A DNA stretch of 32,000 nt from Janthinobacterium sp. B9-8 (GTDB lineage Bacteria > Pseudomonadota > Gammaproteobacteria > Burkholderiales > Chitinibacteraceae): the NCBI RefSeq assembly GCF_000969645.2, contig NZ_CP014222.1, positions 1,399,813 to 1,431,812 on the forward strand, in the 5' to 3' direction. Made by a program: the position numbers and the translations under genes. Numbering within the stretch: position 1 is the first letter of the stretch; every line of letters begins with the position of its first letter. The notes below the pieces were generated by a model. The model searched no databases and had not been told where the DNA came from. It saw nothing but the letters and a program-made list of their open reading frames with translations. This document shows positions 23,279 through 32,000 of this stretch, piece after piece.

Positions 23279-25174
23279 TTAGCGTAAAGTTTCCAGCTCA
23301 TCAGAAATCTCTAGCCATAGTGCTTCGAGTGGATCTAATTTGCTTTTTAGCTCGGTTTCTTTTGCACGGGCTGTTTTTAATTCTGCAGCTCTGGCAGGTA
23401 AATACAAGCTTTCTTCGGCCAGTAAAGTCGCCACTTTTTGCATTTCCGCAGTAAAGCCTGCCATGTCTTTTTCGACTTTAGCGAGCTTCTTTTCTACCGG
23501 TTTACGCAGTACAGCATTACGTTGGCGTGCGTCGGCCTCTAGTTTTTTCTGTGCTTTGCGATCAACCGCGCTGCTTGAATTACGCAGGGCGCTGTTTTCT
23601 TCGCTACGCTTTTGCTGGCTGTATTTGGTGTATTCATCCAAATCACCATCAAATGGGCGAACTGTGCCGTCTTCGATCAGCCAGAAATCATCTACCGTGG
23701 CGCGCAGCAAGTGCCTATCGTGCGAGACCACAATAATGGCCCCTTCAAAATCTTGCAGCGCCATCGTCAGCGCTTGGCGCATTTCGATGTCTAAGTGATT
23801 GGTTGGCTCGTCCAGCAACAATAGGTTTGGCTTTTGCCAAATCAACAGTGCTAAGGCCAAGCGTGCTTTTTCGCCGCCGGAGAATGGCTCAATCTTGCTG
23901 GTGGCCATCGTGCCGTTAAAATCAAAGCCGCCCAAGAAGTTACGGTGCTCTTGCTCGCGCGTTTGCGGATCAATTTTTTGCATGTGCCAGAGAGGGGATT
24001 CATCTAGGCGCAAATGCTCGAGTTGATGCTGGGCAAAGTAACCAATCTTCAGGCCCTTGCCTTCTTCGCGCTCACCCAGTAACAGTGGGTTTTCGCCGGC
24101 CAAAGCCTTGATAAAGGTCGACTTACCTGCGCCATTCACACCGAGCAAACCAAGACGCGCTTCGTTTTCTAAGCTCAACGTCAGGTTCTTTAAGATGGGG
24201 CGATTAATGTCGTAACCGGCTTGACCGTTTTCCAGCTTAACCAAAGGATTAGGACTGTTGTCTGGCTCGCGGAAGCTAAAGGTAAATGGTGAATCAACGT
24301 GCGCTGCAGAAATGCGCTCCATTTTCTCCAGTGCTTTCACACGGCTTTGTGCCTGACGCGCCTTGCTTGCTTTGGCTTTAAAACGGGTAATAAATGATTC
24401 TAAGTGGTTAATGGTGCGCTGTTGTTTATCAAAAGCCAGTTGTTGCAGCGACAAGCGCTCGGCGCGCTGGTTTTCAAAGTCTTCATAAGTACCGGTGTAA
24501 AGCGTCAACGTGCCGCCTTCCACATGCAAGATTTGCTTGATGGTGTTGTCAAGGAAATCGCGATCGTGCGAAATCACCAGCAACATGCCTTGGTAAGTTT
24601 TGAGCCATTGCTCAAGCCAAACCACGGTTTCTAGATCCAAGTGATTGGTTGGCTCATCCAGCAACAGCAAATCTGAACGACACATCAAAGCCTGTGCCAA
24701 ATTCAGACGCATACGCCAGCCGCCAGAAAAACTGGAAACAGGGTGAGCAAGCTCTTCAGTAGAAAAGCCTAGGCCCGCTAGCAATTTAGACCCGCGTGAT
24801 GCTGCGGTGTAGCCATCAATTGCATCAAATTCGCCGAGCAGCTCACCGTGGCGAATGCCATCATCGTGAGAAACGTTTTCTAATTCGTGCTCCAGGCGGC
24901 GTAATTCGCGATCGCCGTCGAGCACATAATCGAGTGCCGAGCACTCTAGCGCAGGGGTTTCCTGCGCCACATGACTAATGGTAATGCGTGGCGGCATTTC
25001 AATATCGCCACCATCCGGGTGTAATTCGCCGCGCATCAGCGCAAAGAAGCTGGATTTACCTGCGCCATTGGCCCCTACTACGCCGGTTTTGCTGCCGGGT
25101 TGCAGGGTAAGGTCCGCAGAATTAAGCAGCACCTTGGTGCCGCGTCTTAGTGTGAGGGATTTAAGTCGTATCAT
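23279..25174 (-). CDS. yheS: ABC-F family ATPase (YheS-like)
   Basis: 631 aa with two ABC cassettes (GANGAGKSS, GVNGAGKST; LSGGWRMRLNLAQAL, FSGGEKARLALALL) and a charged coiled C-terminal tail. Co-linear with E. coli YheS as I recall it. Confidence 0.85.
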   Translation of the reverse strand: MIRLKSLTLRRGTKVLLNSADLTLQPGSKTGVVGANGAGKSSFFALMRGELHPDGGDIEMPPRITISHVAQETPALECSALDYVLDGDRELRRLEHELENVSHDDGIRHGELLGEFDAIDGYTAASRGSKLLAGLGFSTEELAHPVSSFSGGWRMRLNLAQALMCRSDLLLLDEPTNHLDLETVVWLEQWLKTYQGMLLVISHDRDFLDNTIKQILHVEGGTLTLYTGTYEDFENQRAERLSLQQLAFDKQQRTINHLESFITRFKAKASKARQAQSRVKALEKMERISAAHVDSPFTFSFREPDNSPNPLVKLENGQAGYDINRPILKNLTLSLENEARLGLLGVNGAGKSTFIKALAGENPLLLGEREEGKGLKIGYFAQHQLEHLRLDESPLWHMQKIDPQTREQEHRNFLGGFDFNGTMATSKIEPFSGGEKARLALALLIWQKPNLLLLDEPTNHLDIEMRQALTMALQDFEGAIIVVSHDRHLLRATVDDFWLIEDGTVRPFDGDLDEYTKYSQQKRSEENSALRNSSSAVDRKAQKKLEADARQRNAVLRKPVEKKLAKVEKDMAGFTAEMQKVATLLAEESLYLPARAAELKTARAKETELKSKLDPLEALWLEISDELETLR

Positions 25175-25231
25175 GGGGCAGGATTCTAACAGACTGACTC
25201 AGTTTCTTCTGCTGAGTTTGCTAGGTACAAG

Positions 25232-25270
25232 CCCCCTATTCACCCACAAAGGTAGATAGGGGGATTTTTT
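25232..25270. terminator. Hairpin CCCCCTAT-16 nt-ATAGGGGG followed by a T-run
   Basis: The stem is visible. The T-run is on the + strand, while the upstream gene (chorismate mutase) is on the minus strand, so function is uncertain. Confidence 0.3.
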
Positions 25271-25292
25271 ACGCGCTTAATCAGGAGAGGGG

Positions 25293-25856
25293 TCAAGGGC
25301 ATTGCAATGTACGGACGGCTATCTTCCTGACTTCTGCATTGAATTGAGCAAGGGGCGACACCTCAGTTTGCAATAGGCGCTGCATATAGGGCTGGCACCT
25401 ATCGGCTTCGACTTGCTTGATGGCGGTTAGTAATTGCGGGCTTAATGCATCTAAAACCGGCCGCACATCCCTGGCAAGATCTGGTGCAGGTGAGAATGGC
25501 GCTTGATTTTGCTGCTGCCATTCTTGATGAAGCTGCTGCTGTATAAGCTTGCCCGCATCAAATTGAGCTTGAAAAAAATCGGCGGCAAAACGCGGGTTAA
25601 GCCCAATCGCAAGGGCCTGTTTTTGCACTTCTTCTAATATGAATTGCTCACGTACCGGATCATTAATAGCGCCGCCAGAATTCCATTTGCTGCGGGCCAC
25701 CAAGGGCGCAACCTCTAGGCGCTGCGCGATTAAGCGGAATAAATGGTGTACTTGCTGCTCTTTTGCCTGCGTTGCTACTGCCGGAGAATGCGTGCAGGCC
25801 ACTACGAGGGTGCTTGCCCATAGGCAGATGAATAATTTTATAAGCGTCTGGCGCAT
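25293..25856 (-). CDS. Periplasmic (AroQ gamma-type) chorismate mutase, probably a lipoprotein
   Basis: LIAQRLEVAPLVARSKWNSGGAINDPVREQFILEEV is typical of secreted chorismate mutases. Signal peptide with lipobox LVVAC. Confidence 0.75.
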   Translation of the reverse strand: MRQTLIKLFICLWASTLVVACTHSPAVATQAKEQQVHHLFRLIAQRLEVAPLVARSKWNSGGAINDPVREQFILEEVQKQALAIGLNPRFAADFFQAQFDAGKLIQQQLHQEWQQQNQAPFSPAPDLARDVRPVLDALSPQLLTAIKQVEADRCQPYMQRLLQTEVSPLAQFNAEVRKIAVRTLQCP

Positions 25857-25932
25857 AAGCCTTCCTAGTCTGATCAGGGGAGCCCGCTGGATTGCCCATT
25901 TTGCAATGCAGCGGGCGGTGATGTAAGTCGGC

Positions 25933-26397
25933 TTATTGGCCTGTTACACCGATATAAATATGCACTTCATTAGGCCCGATATACGATTCAAAATCAGTTT
26001 GGTAGCTGCGTTTGATTTGTGGGTTTTGCTCAAAATAAGCCCATACATTACCCCATGCCTGAATCACCGCAGCTGGCATCGCACCACGCGCTTCAAACAC
26101 TAGGTAATCCCCTGCTTGAATATTGATCGTGCTGAAATCTGTGCTACTTTCACTAACTGACACACCAGCGGTTAGATCATAAAGGCCATTTGCATCACTC
26201 TCATAGCCAGCATAGACACCATAAACAGGCGAATTGGCCAGCCGATTAGGGATTTTATCAATCAAACCTTCAGTAAAAAACTGCCCCCACACTCGGGCGA
26301 TTCTGGCTGTTGTCGGGTTGAATTCATCGCTATTTTTTGTTCTGACTGCAAGGCCAGCTACCGTAAAAGCACTGACTAGCTCGTGTTTAGGATTCAT
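25933..26397 (-). CDS. GyrI-like small-molecule-binding domain protein
   Basis: 154 aa. FTVAGLAVRT...VYGVY...AGDYLVFEARG...W..F pattern of GyrI-like/effector-binding domains. Confidence 0.7.
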   Translation of the reverse strand: MNPKHELVSAFTVAGLAVRTKNSDEFNPTTARIARVWGQFFTEGLIDKIPNRLANSPVYGVYAGYESDANGLYDLTAGVSVSESSTDFSTINIQAGDYLVFEARGAMPAAVIQAWGNVWAYFEQNPQIKRSYQTDFESYIGPNEVHIYIGVTGQ

Positions 26398-26414
26398 TTT
26401 TTTCTTTATGTGAG

Positions 26415-26891
26415 TTAAAAGGAAAATACAGCCTGATTTGCTGCCCTGCTTCCATTATTAACAGGGGGTATTTCGCTATCGATGCCTATTGCCTCGGTGA
26501 TGATTTGCCTATCATGCTCGCTGATGGCAAATAAGCCAAAACGAAATGGCGCGCCCCAGTTGCGTATGCCTTTGGAAAAATCCAATTGCTCCAATAAAGG
26601 CTGAATCAGCGCTTGCTGGGAAGGCCACCAATCTACATTTTTACGGTAAGGAATAAAGCCGCCACCCATATCAAAAGGGTAAGGCTCCCCTGCCCTTACT
26701 ACTCCGATGGCGGTAAATGCTTGTAGCTTATCTTTACCCCCCATCACGGTTGTGGGCGAGTAATACACCACCACATCCCCGCCCTGAATTCGTTTGAGTG
26801 GCCCGGCTTTGCCATGACAAACCTGCATAAAGCCACCTGCTTGCCCTCGCGCCACGTGCTCGGCACAGACTACAGCGATCCAACTTTTCAT
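26415..26891 (-). CDS. EVE (PUA-like) domain protein
   Basis: Start at ATG 26891 with GAGG 6 nt upstream. [46 protein letters not shown] matches proteins I recall annotated as EVE domain-containing. Confidence 0.65.
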   Translation of the reverse strand: MKSWIAVVCAEHVARGQAGGFMQVCHGKAGPLKRIQGGDVVVYYSPTTVMGGKDKLQAFTAIGVVRAGEPYPFDMGGGFIPYRKNVDWWPSQQALIQPLLEQLDFSKGIRNWGAPFRFGLFAISEHDRQIITEAIGIDSEIPPVNNGSRAANQAVFSF

Positions 26892-26931
26892 ACTTACCTC
26901 GCTACCGGGCATCAAGTTCCACTGGAATTGT

Positions 26932-27303
26932 CTATTCGGCGTTTAGTGCATACACCCGCAAGCGGTGTTGGTCAGGATCGAGCGCCACAAAGGTATAGCC
27001 AAAATCCATCTCGGTGAGTTCTTGCTCAATAGAGACCCCCAATAAGCGCCAGCTAGCATATAGCGTTTGCACAGCGGTATGATCGGCTACGGTAAGCGCT
27101 AATTCCCCTCCTCCCCCTGTTGCTGCGGCACGGGGCTCAACCGTGTGTTTGGACCAAAAACCCAGCTTCAAGCCAGATTCAAGCTTAAATAATGCAAAAG
27201 TAGCAGACAGCTCCACAGGTGGGTGGCCGATTAGCTTTTCATAAAAGGCGGCGCTTGCTGCGGGGCGATCAACGTAAAGCAGGATCAGATTGGGATCAAA
27301 CAT
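26932..27303 (-). CDS. VOC/glyoxalase-bleomycin resistance family protein
   Basis: 123 aa. [20 protein letters not shown]...[18 protein letters not shown] is a typical VOC fold pattern. AAGGAGAG RBS. Confidence 0.75.
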   Translation of the reverse strand: MFDPNLILLYVDRPAASAAFYEKLIGHPPVELSATFALFKLESGLKLGFWSKHTVEPRAAATGGGGELALTVADHTAVQTLYASWRLLGVSIEQELTEMDFGYTFVALDPDQHRLRVYALNAE

Positions 27304-27413
27304 GATGGCTCTCCTTGAGTTTTTTCTATGACTTGAGATCCAGTATCTTGCTCTATGCGAGTGTCAGTTTCTGTCAGCAGTCAATCTACGCGGGGCCGGC
27401 TTTAAATCGCACC

Positions 27414-28109
27414 CTAGCGGCTTCGGGCAGGAATTCCCTCGGCTTCGCGCCATGCTTTGAGCAAAGCCTGGCGTCGTTTTGGGTAGCGCACATCAATACA
27501 AGCCACCGATTGAATTCTATCCACCCGAAAGTGGCGAAACGCCTGCCGTGATTCGCACCATGCCACGACCACGCGTATCTGATCAAAAAAAGCCAGCGCG
27601 CAAGGCCAGATTACACGGCTGGATGCTTGCTCTCTGGCATCCAGATAGCGTAAATCCAGCTTTATTTCCTGGCGAATGGCGGCTCTGATCAAGCGCAGTG
27701 TTTCATCTGCAACACTAGGATGTGGGCTTGGCCCGATCAGTAATGCGGCGCTATCGAGCTCTAAACGCAGCTCTGCGGGCAAAACGGCGGCGATTTTACT
27801 CAGGGCATGATTCGCCGCAGCGCCTAAGCTAGAGTCGGCACGATCAGCCACCCACTTGGCACCTAGTGCAAGCGCTTCGATTTCTTCAACCGTAAACATC
27901 AGGGGCGGCAGTGTAAAACCCGGCCTTAAGACAAAGCCTAGCCCCGCTTCCCCTTCGATTTGCGCCCCCTGCGCTTGTAAGCTGGCAATATCCCGATACA
28001 GGGTGCGCAGGCTAACACCCAGCTCAGAGGCCAGTACGGCACCGCTTACTGGGTAGTGATAAAGCCGTAATTTTTGTATCAGATCTAATAAGCGTTCGGC
28101 TCTGGACAC
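27414..28109 (-). CDS. YafY-family transcriptional regulator (HTH plus WYL domain)
   Basis: GTG start. SRAERLLDLIQKLR...SGAVLASELGVSLRTLYRDIASLQAQGAQIEGEAGLGF N-terminus, and a C-terminal WYL-type domain (LDLRYLDAREQASSRVIWP). Confidence 0.85.
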   Translation of the reverse strand: MSRAERLLDLIQKLRLYHYPVSGAVLASELGVSLRTLYRDIASLQAQGAQIEGEAGLGFVLRPGFTLPPLMFTVEEIEALALGAKWVADRADSSLGAAANHALSKIAAVLPAELRLELDSAALLIGPSPHPSVADETLRLIRAAIRQEIKLDLRYLDAREQASSRVIWPCALAFFDQIRVVVAWCESRQAFRHFRVDRIQSVACIDVRYPKRRQALLKAWREAEGIPARSR

Positions 28110-28675
28110 GTTTGAAACCTTTCTGGTATGTCAGTGACTAAATAAAAGTCCAGCCATGAAGCTTACAATAAAATAGATGCTGCCCTGCTCTTTTTGTAGT
28201 AAACAGCGCCGATTGCCTGCTCTTATCTCGCCATCTGTGCATCAAAGTAGCGATATAATTTTTTTGGCCTATTCTTGATTGGATTTAAGCACAAGGATAA
28301 GAGTAGTTTAAAACAATCGTTTATTTCTTAGAAATAAAAACGGTCATCAAGCCGCTATAGCATGGTTATTTGTAAGGCGCATTTTTGCTAGACAAAAAGC
28401 CAAGTAATAGGTGATTTTACTTATGAAACATGACTTGCTTTATATTTAATCCATCAAATACAAAATGCGTGGGCAGATTAACTATTCTGGAAGTTTACAA
28501 TTTACCCTGTTGTTAAAAATAACATGTAGTCAGGCTTATTCATTAACAACAACAACTTGGCTGCAATATTCTTACTCTTCCAATCTTGCTATTAGTGAAA
28601 ATCATGATGTGCCAAAGCTGGCAATGCCTGAAAGGTGGGTATAGAGTCAGGGCACACTGAACCGGAGCTTCTGTT

Positions 28676-31600
28676 ATGACCGTTTTGTCCACACTCAAAG
28701 CACTAGGTGAACTTGCTGCGGCGAGTGACCAGCCGATCACCCAAGATTTTCTCTCTGCTTACTTCGCCCACATCTCCGAAGACGATTTAATAGAAAAAAC
28801 ACCGGAAGATTGGTTTGGCGCGGTGCTTGCGCATTGGCGTATGGCACGCACTCGCGTGGCGAACACGCGCAAAATACGCATTTATAATCCAAGCGTGCCT
28901 GATCACGGCTGGCAGAGCAGCCATACCGTGATTGAAATCGTCCAGTCAGATCGCCCCTTCCTAGTTGACACCATCGGCATGTCTGTTGCGCGATTAGGTT
29001 ATGGCGTTCATCAGGTTGTTCACCCTGTATTGCAAGTTGCCCGTCAAGAAAATGGCGACTGGCAAGGTATGGATGAGCAAAGCCCTGCCGAATCTTGGAT
29101 GCATATTGAAATTGATCGCATCACAGCGAGCGACGCACTGGCTCAACTCGAAAATGATCTGAACAACGCCCTTGATATGCTGGATGCTTGCGTCACCGAC
29201 TGGCCTGCTATGGCAGATCGCGTCACGGCTGCACTTGAAGGCCTGCGCCATCGTCCGCCTCCGCTTGATATTGTTTTAGTCCGTGAAACCAGCGCATTTT
29301 TAGAATGGATGTTGGCTGGCCACTTTATTTTCCTGGGCGTGCGTGATTACCGCTTTGCAGAAGATGGCAACTTACATTTTGTGGGTGGCTCTGGTCACGG
29401 CTTACTACGCGATTCTGGCGATTCTGGCCTGTCACACACTTGGGCCGCCTTACCGCTTGATTTAAGAGAGCGTGCTTATTCTGCCGATCCATTGATTTTG
29501 ATGACCAAGGCCGATACCCGTTCTTTAATTCACCGGCCTGCCTACCTCGATATGGTCAGCCTGCGTGAAGTGGATGCTAGCGGCAAAGTAATTGGTGAAT
29601 TACGCATTCTTGGTCTTTACACTGCCAGCGCTTACACTACACCCCCACGCAATATTCCATTACTGCGCAAAAAAATTAATGCAGTCTTGCTCGCCAGCGA
29701 CGCCGATGTAGGTGGCTACCGTGGCAAGGCCATGCTGAATGTAATCGACACTTATCCGCGCGATGAGCTACTAGAAATCGGCATCGATGATTTAGCCCGT
29801 ATCGCCCAGGGCGTGGTCAGCCTGCACGAGCGTAGCCGCGTGCGCACTTTCTTCCGCGAAGATCTCTATCGCCGTTATGTATCCGTGATGCTGTTTGTGC
29901 CTCGTGATAACTACACCACCGAAGTGCGCGTTAAAGTCGAAAAAATCCTGATGGAGCGCTTGGGTGGCTACGAGGCTGAATTCAATGTCTTGCTGGCAGA
30001 TAGCCCGCTGGCTCGCATTCACTTCCTGATTCACCTGCCGGTTGGCGAGCGTCTGGTTTACAACGTTAAAGAAATTGAAGACGAAATCGCCCGCGCCGCA
30101 CAGCGCTGGCAAGATGATTTACGTAATCAGCTGACCCATGTACGCGGCGAAGAAGTGGGGGCTGCGCTGTATCAGCGCTATCAACGTGCTTTCTCCCCCG
30201 CTTACTGCGCAGATTTCACTGGACGCGTGGCGGTTTACGATATCGAAGCACTGGAAGCCAGCTTAAAGAATGACAAGATTGCCATTACCCTTTCACCGGG
30301 CAGTGTGGTTGATCCAACCCTGTGGCGCTTGAAGCTTTACCGTGGCAAGCCCATTGAATTGTCTGATTGCCTGCCTCTTTTAGAAAACCTTGGCGTGCGC
30401 GTGCTGGACGAGCGCCCCTACGCGCTGACTTTCGATCAAACCGAACATGCTTGGATTATTGATATTGGCCTGCGCTTACCTGTAGGCACTTCGCTAGAAA
30501 ACAGCATCGATCGCGAACGTCTGATTGCCGCGTTTACCGCCATTTTTGAAGGCGCATGCGAAAATGATAGCTTTAACCGTTTGATCTTAGGTGCGGGCTT
30601 GGCTTGGCGTGAAGTGCTGATTCTGCGTGCTTACTCTTGCTATATGCGTCAGGTAAACCTCAAGTACGGCGTGGAAATTATCGCCGATTGCTTGCTGCGC
30701 CACGGCAAACTCAGCGGCCAGCTTGCGGCGCTGTTTGTGATGTCGCACGACCCGGTTACCAATTCACCGGGTGTAGCAGAAATCCTGGCAGAAGAAATTC
30801 GTCAAGCTTGCGCTAATCAATCCAGCGTAGACGACGAAAAAATCCTCTCCAGCCTGCTGGCCGCGATTCTGGCCACCGTGCGCACCAACTTCTTCCAGCT
30901 TGATAGCGATGGCAAGATCAAATCGTATATGTCGTTCAAGGTAGAGTCAGCGCGCATTCCAAATATGCCGCAGCCAGTGCCGCTGTTTGAAATCTTTGTC
31001 TACTCACCAGAAATGGAAGGCGTACATTTGCGCGGCGGTAAGGTTGCTCGTGGAGGTTTGCGCTGGTCTGATCGCCGTGAAGATTTCCGCACCGAAGTGT
31101 TGGGTCTTGTAAAAGCACAGATGGTGAAGAACACCGTGATTGTGCCGGTTGGCTCTAAAGGTGGCTTTGTAGTGAAAAACCCACCAAGCGATCGTGAAAC
31201 GCTAATAGCGCGCGGCATTGAATGCTATAAAAACTTTATTCGTGGTCTGCTTGATCTGACCGACAATCTGGTGGCAGGCCAAGTGGTTCACCCATCGCAA
31301 GTACGCCGTCTAGACGAAGATGATCCTTATCTGGTGGTGGCAGCGGATAAAGGCACGGCTACTTTCTCTGATATCGCCAACGGTATTTCGCGCGATTATG
31401 GCTTCTGGTTGGACGATGCCTTTGCTTCAGGCGGTTCGGTAGGTTACGACCACAAGAAGATGGGCATTACCGCCAAGGGCGCATGGGTTTCGGTAGAGCG
31501 TCAGTTCCGCGAGCTGGGCATTAACACCCGTACCGATGAATTTACCGTCATCGGCGTGGGCGACATGTCTGGGGATGTGTTTGGTAATGGCTTGCTACGC

Positions 31601-32000
31601 AGCGAGCACACCAAACTCTTGGGCGCGTTTGATCACCGCCATATTTTCCTTGATCCAAACCCGGATCCTGCCGTGTCGTTTAAAGAGCGCGCGCGCTTAT
31701 TTGATCTGCCCCGCTCTTCATGGGCCGATTACAATGCCGAGCTAATTTCTGCAGGCGGCGGTGTCTGGCCACGCAATGCCAAGACCATTCCATTGTCTGC
31801 CGAAGTAAAAGCGATTCTTGATGTAGAAGCCGATGAGCTAGAGCCAAGCGAGCTGATCCGCGCCATGCTAAAAGCACCGGTTGATCTGTTCTACAACGGC
31901 GGGATTGGTACATACGGCAAGGCATCAACCCAAACACCAGCCGAAGCCAACGATCGTGGCACCGATGCCGTGCGTATCGACGGTAAGGAATTCCGCTGCA
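28676..32000 (+). CDS. gdhB: Large NAD-specific glutamate dehydrogenase, N-terminal ~1108 codons (3' end outside the window)
   Basis: ATG at 28676 with GGAG 8 nt upstream. Frame open to the window end, which is why it is absent from the ORF track. Hallmark RGGKVARGGLRWSDRREDFRTEVLGLVKAQMVKNTVIVPVGSKGGFVVK at about 31.03-31.18 kb. Confidence 0.9.
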   Translation, partial: MTVLSTLKALGELAAASDQPITQDFLSAYFAHISEDDLIEKTPEDWFGAVLAHWRMARTRVANTRKIRIYNPSVPDHGWQSSHTVIEIVQSDRPFLVDTIGMSVARLGYGVHQVVHPVLQVARQENGDWQGMDEQSPAESWMHIEIDRITASDALAQLENDLNNALDMLDACVTDWPAMADRVTAALEGLRHRPPPLDIVLVRETSAFLEWMLAGHFIFLGVRDYRFAEDGNLHFVGGSGHGLLRDSGDSGLSHTWAALPLDLRERAYSADPLILMTKADTRSLIHRPAYLDMVSLREVDASGKVIGELRILGLYTASAYTTPPRNIPLLRKKINAVLLASDADVGGYRGKAMLNVIDTYPRDELLEIGIDDLARIAQGVVSLHERSRVRTFFREDLYRRYVSVMLFVPRDNYTTEVRVKVEKILMERLGGYEAEFNVLLADSPLARIHFLIHLPVGERLVYNVKEIEDEIARAAQRWQDDLRNQLTHVRGEEVGAALYQRYQRAFSPAYCADFTGRVAVYDIEALEASLKNDKIAITLSPGSVVDPTLWRLKLYRGKPIELSDCLPLLENLGVRVLDERPYALTFDQTEHAWIIDIGLRLPVGTSLENSIDRERLIAAFTAIFEGACENDSFNRLILGAGLAWREVLILRAYSCYMRQVNLKYGVEIIADCLLRHGKLSGQLAALFVMSHDPVTNSPGVAEILAEEIRQACANQSSVDDEKILSSLLAAILATVRTNFFQLDSDGKIKSYMSFKVESARIPNMPQPVPLFEIFVYSPEMEGVHLRGGKVARGGLRWSDRREDFRTEVLGLVKAQMVKNTVIVPVGSKGGFVVKNPPSDRETLIARGIECYKNFIRGLLDLTDNLVAGQVVHPSQVRRLDEDDPYLVVAADKGTATFSDIANGISRDYGFWLDDAFASGGSVGYDHKKMGITAKGAWVSVERQFRELGINTRTDEFTVIGVGDMSGDVFGNGLLRSEHTKLLGAFDHRHIFLDPNPDPAVSFKERARLFDLPRSSWADYNAELISAGGGVWPRNAKTIPLSAEVKAILDVEADELEPSELIRAMLKAPVDLFYNGGIGTYGKASTQTPAEANDRGTDAVRIDGKEFRC

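Noticed and set aside
23340-25259. Many plus-strand ORFs (60-152 aa)
   Set aside because: Antisense to the ABC-F ATPase gene. Typical shadow ORFs of a GC-balanced gene.
28543-31937. Minus-strand ORFs (60-106 aa), plus 31536-31745 on the + strand in another frame
   Set aside because: All lie within the long open NAD-GDH frame, which has hallmark motifs.
1-32000. Search by eye for tRNA, rRNA, CRISPR arrays, integrase/transposase genes and inverted dif-like sites (CTXphi-type folded attP)
   Set aside because: None recognised. The only repeated recombination-type sequences are the three direct dif-like sites. A computational scan would be needed to exclude small RNAs.

Overview
Proteobacterial chromosome segment. 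The dif XerC arm and gene content look betaproteobacterial, but this is unproven. All homology calls come from reading motifs by eye; no searches were run.

Host genes flank both ends. On the left (1-4.6 kb) are the 3' part of mgtA, then mgtC and adhE. On the right (23.3-32 kb) are a YheS-type ABC-F ATPase, a lipoprotein-type periplasmic chorismate mutase and a YafY(WYL)-VOC-EVE-GyrI-like cluster. The window ends inside a large NAD-specific glutamate dehydrogenase, of which about 1108 codons are present. That ORF runs off the window and is missing from the ORF track.

The central 18.4 kb is accessory. Three same-orientation dif-like XerC/XerD sites (4742-4769, 15708-15735, 23104-23131) bracket two complete-looking virus genomes. 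Neither encodes an integrase or transposase, so this looks like a tandem IMEX array at the chromosomal dif.

Element 1 (about 10.97 kb) has the gene content and order of a PM2-like corticovirus:
- a gpA/P12-type rolling-circle initiator
- a Zn-ribbon regulator
- an FtsK/HerA-type packaging ATPase
- a 264-aa P2-like capsid candidate
- a run of C-tail-anchored membrane proteins
- a spike module with a tail-collar domain and a Tfa-like gene
- an SLT transglycosylase and small lysis-like membrane proteins

Element 2 (about 7.4 kb) is a filamentous phage with a gpV-like SSB, a hairpin-rich intergenic region, a gpII-type Rep, a major coat protein, pIII-like and pVI-like proteins and Zot/pI. Its cargo is a HigB/HigA-like toxin-antitoxin pair translationally coupled to a DUF4124 secreted protein. 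It also has an HTH plus DUF3653-like (XafT-like) gene next to the att site.

The two unrelated viruses share an identical 18-bp att core and homologous-looking repressor genes. No rRNA, tRNA or CRISPR was seen.
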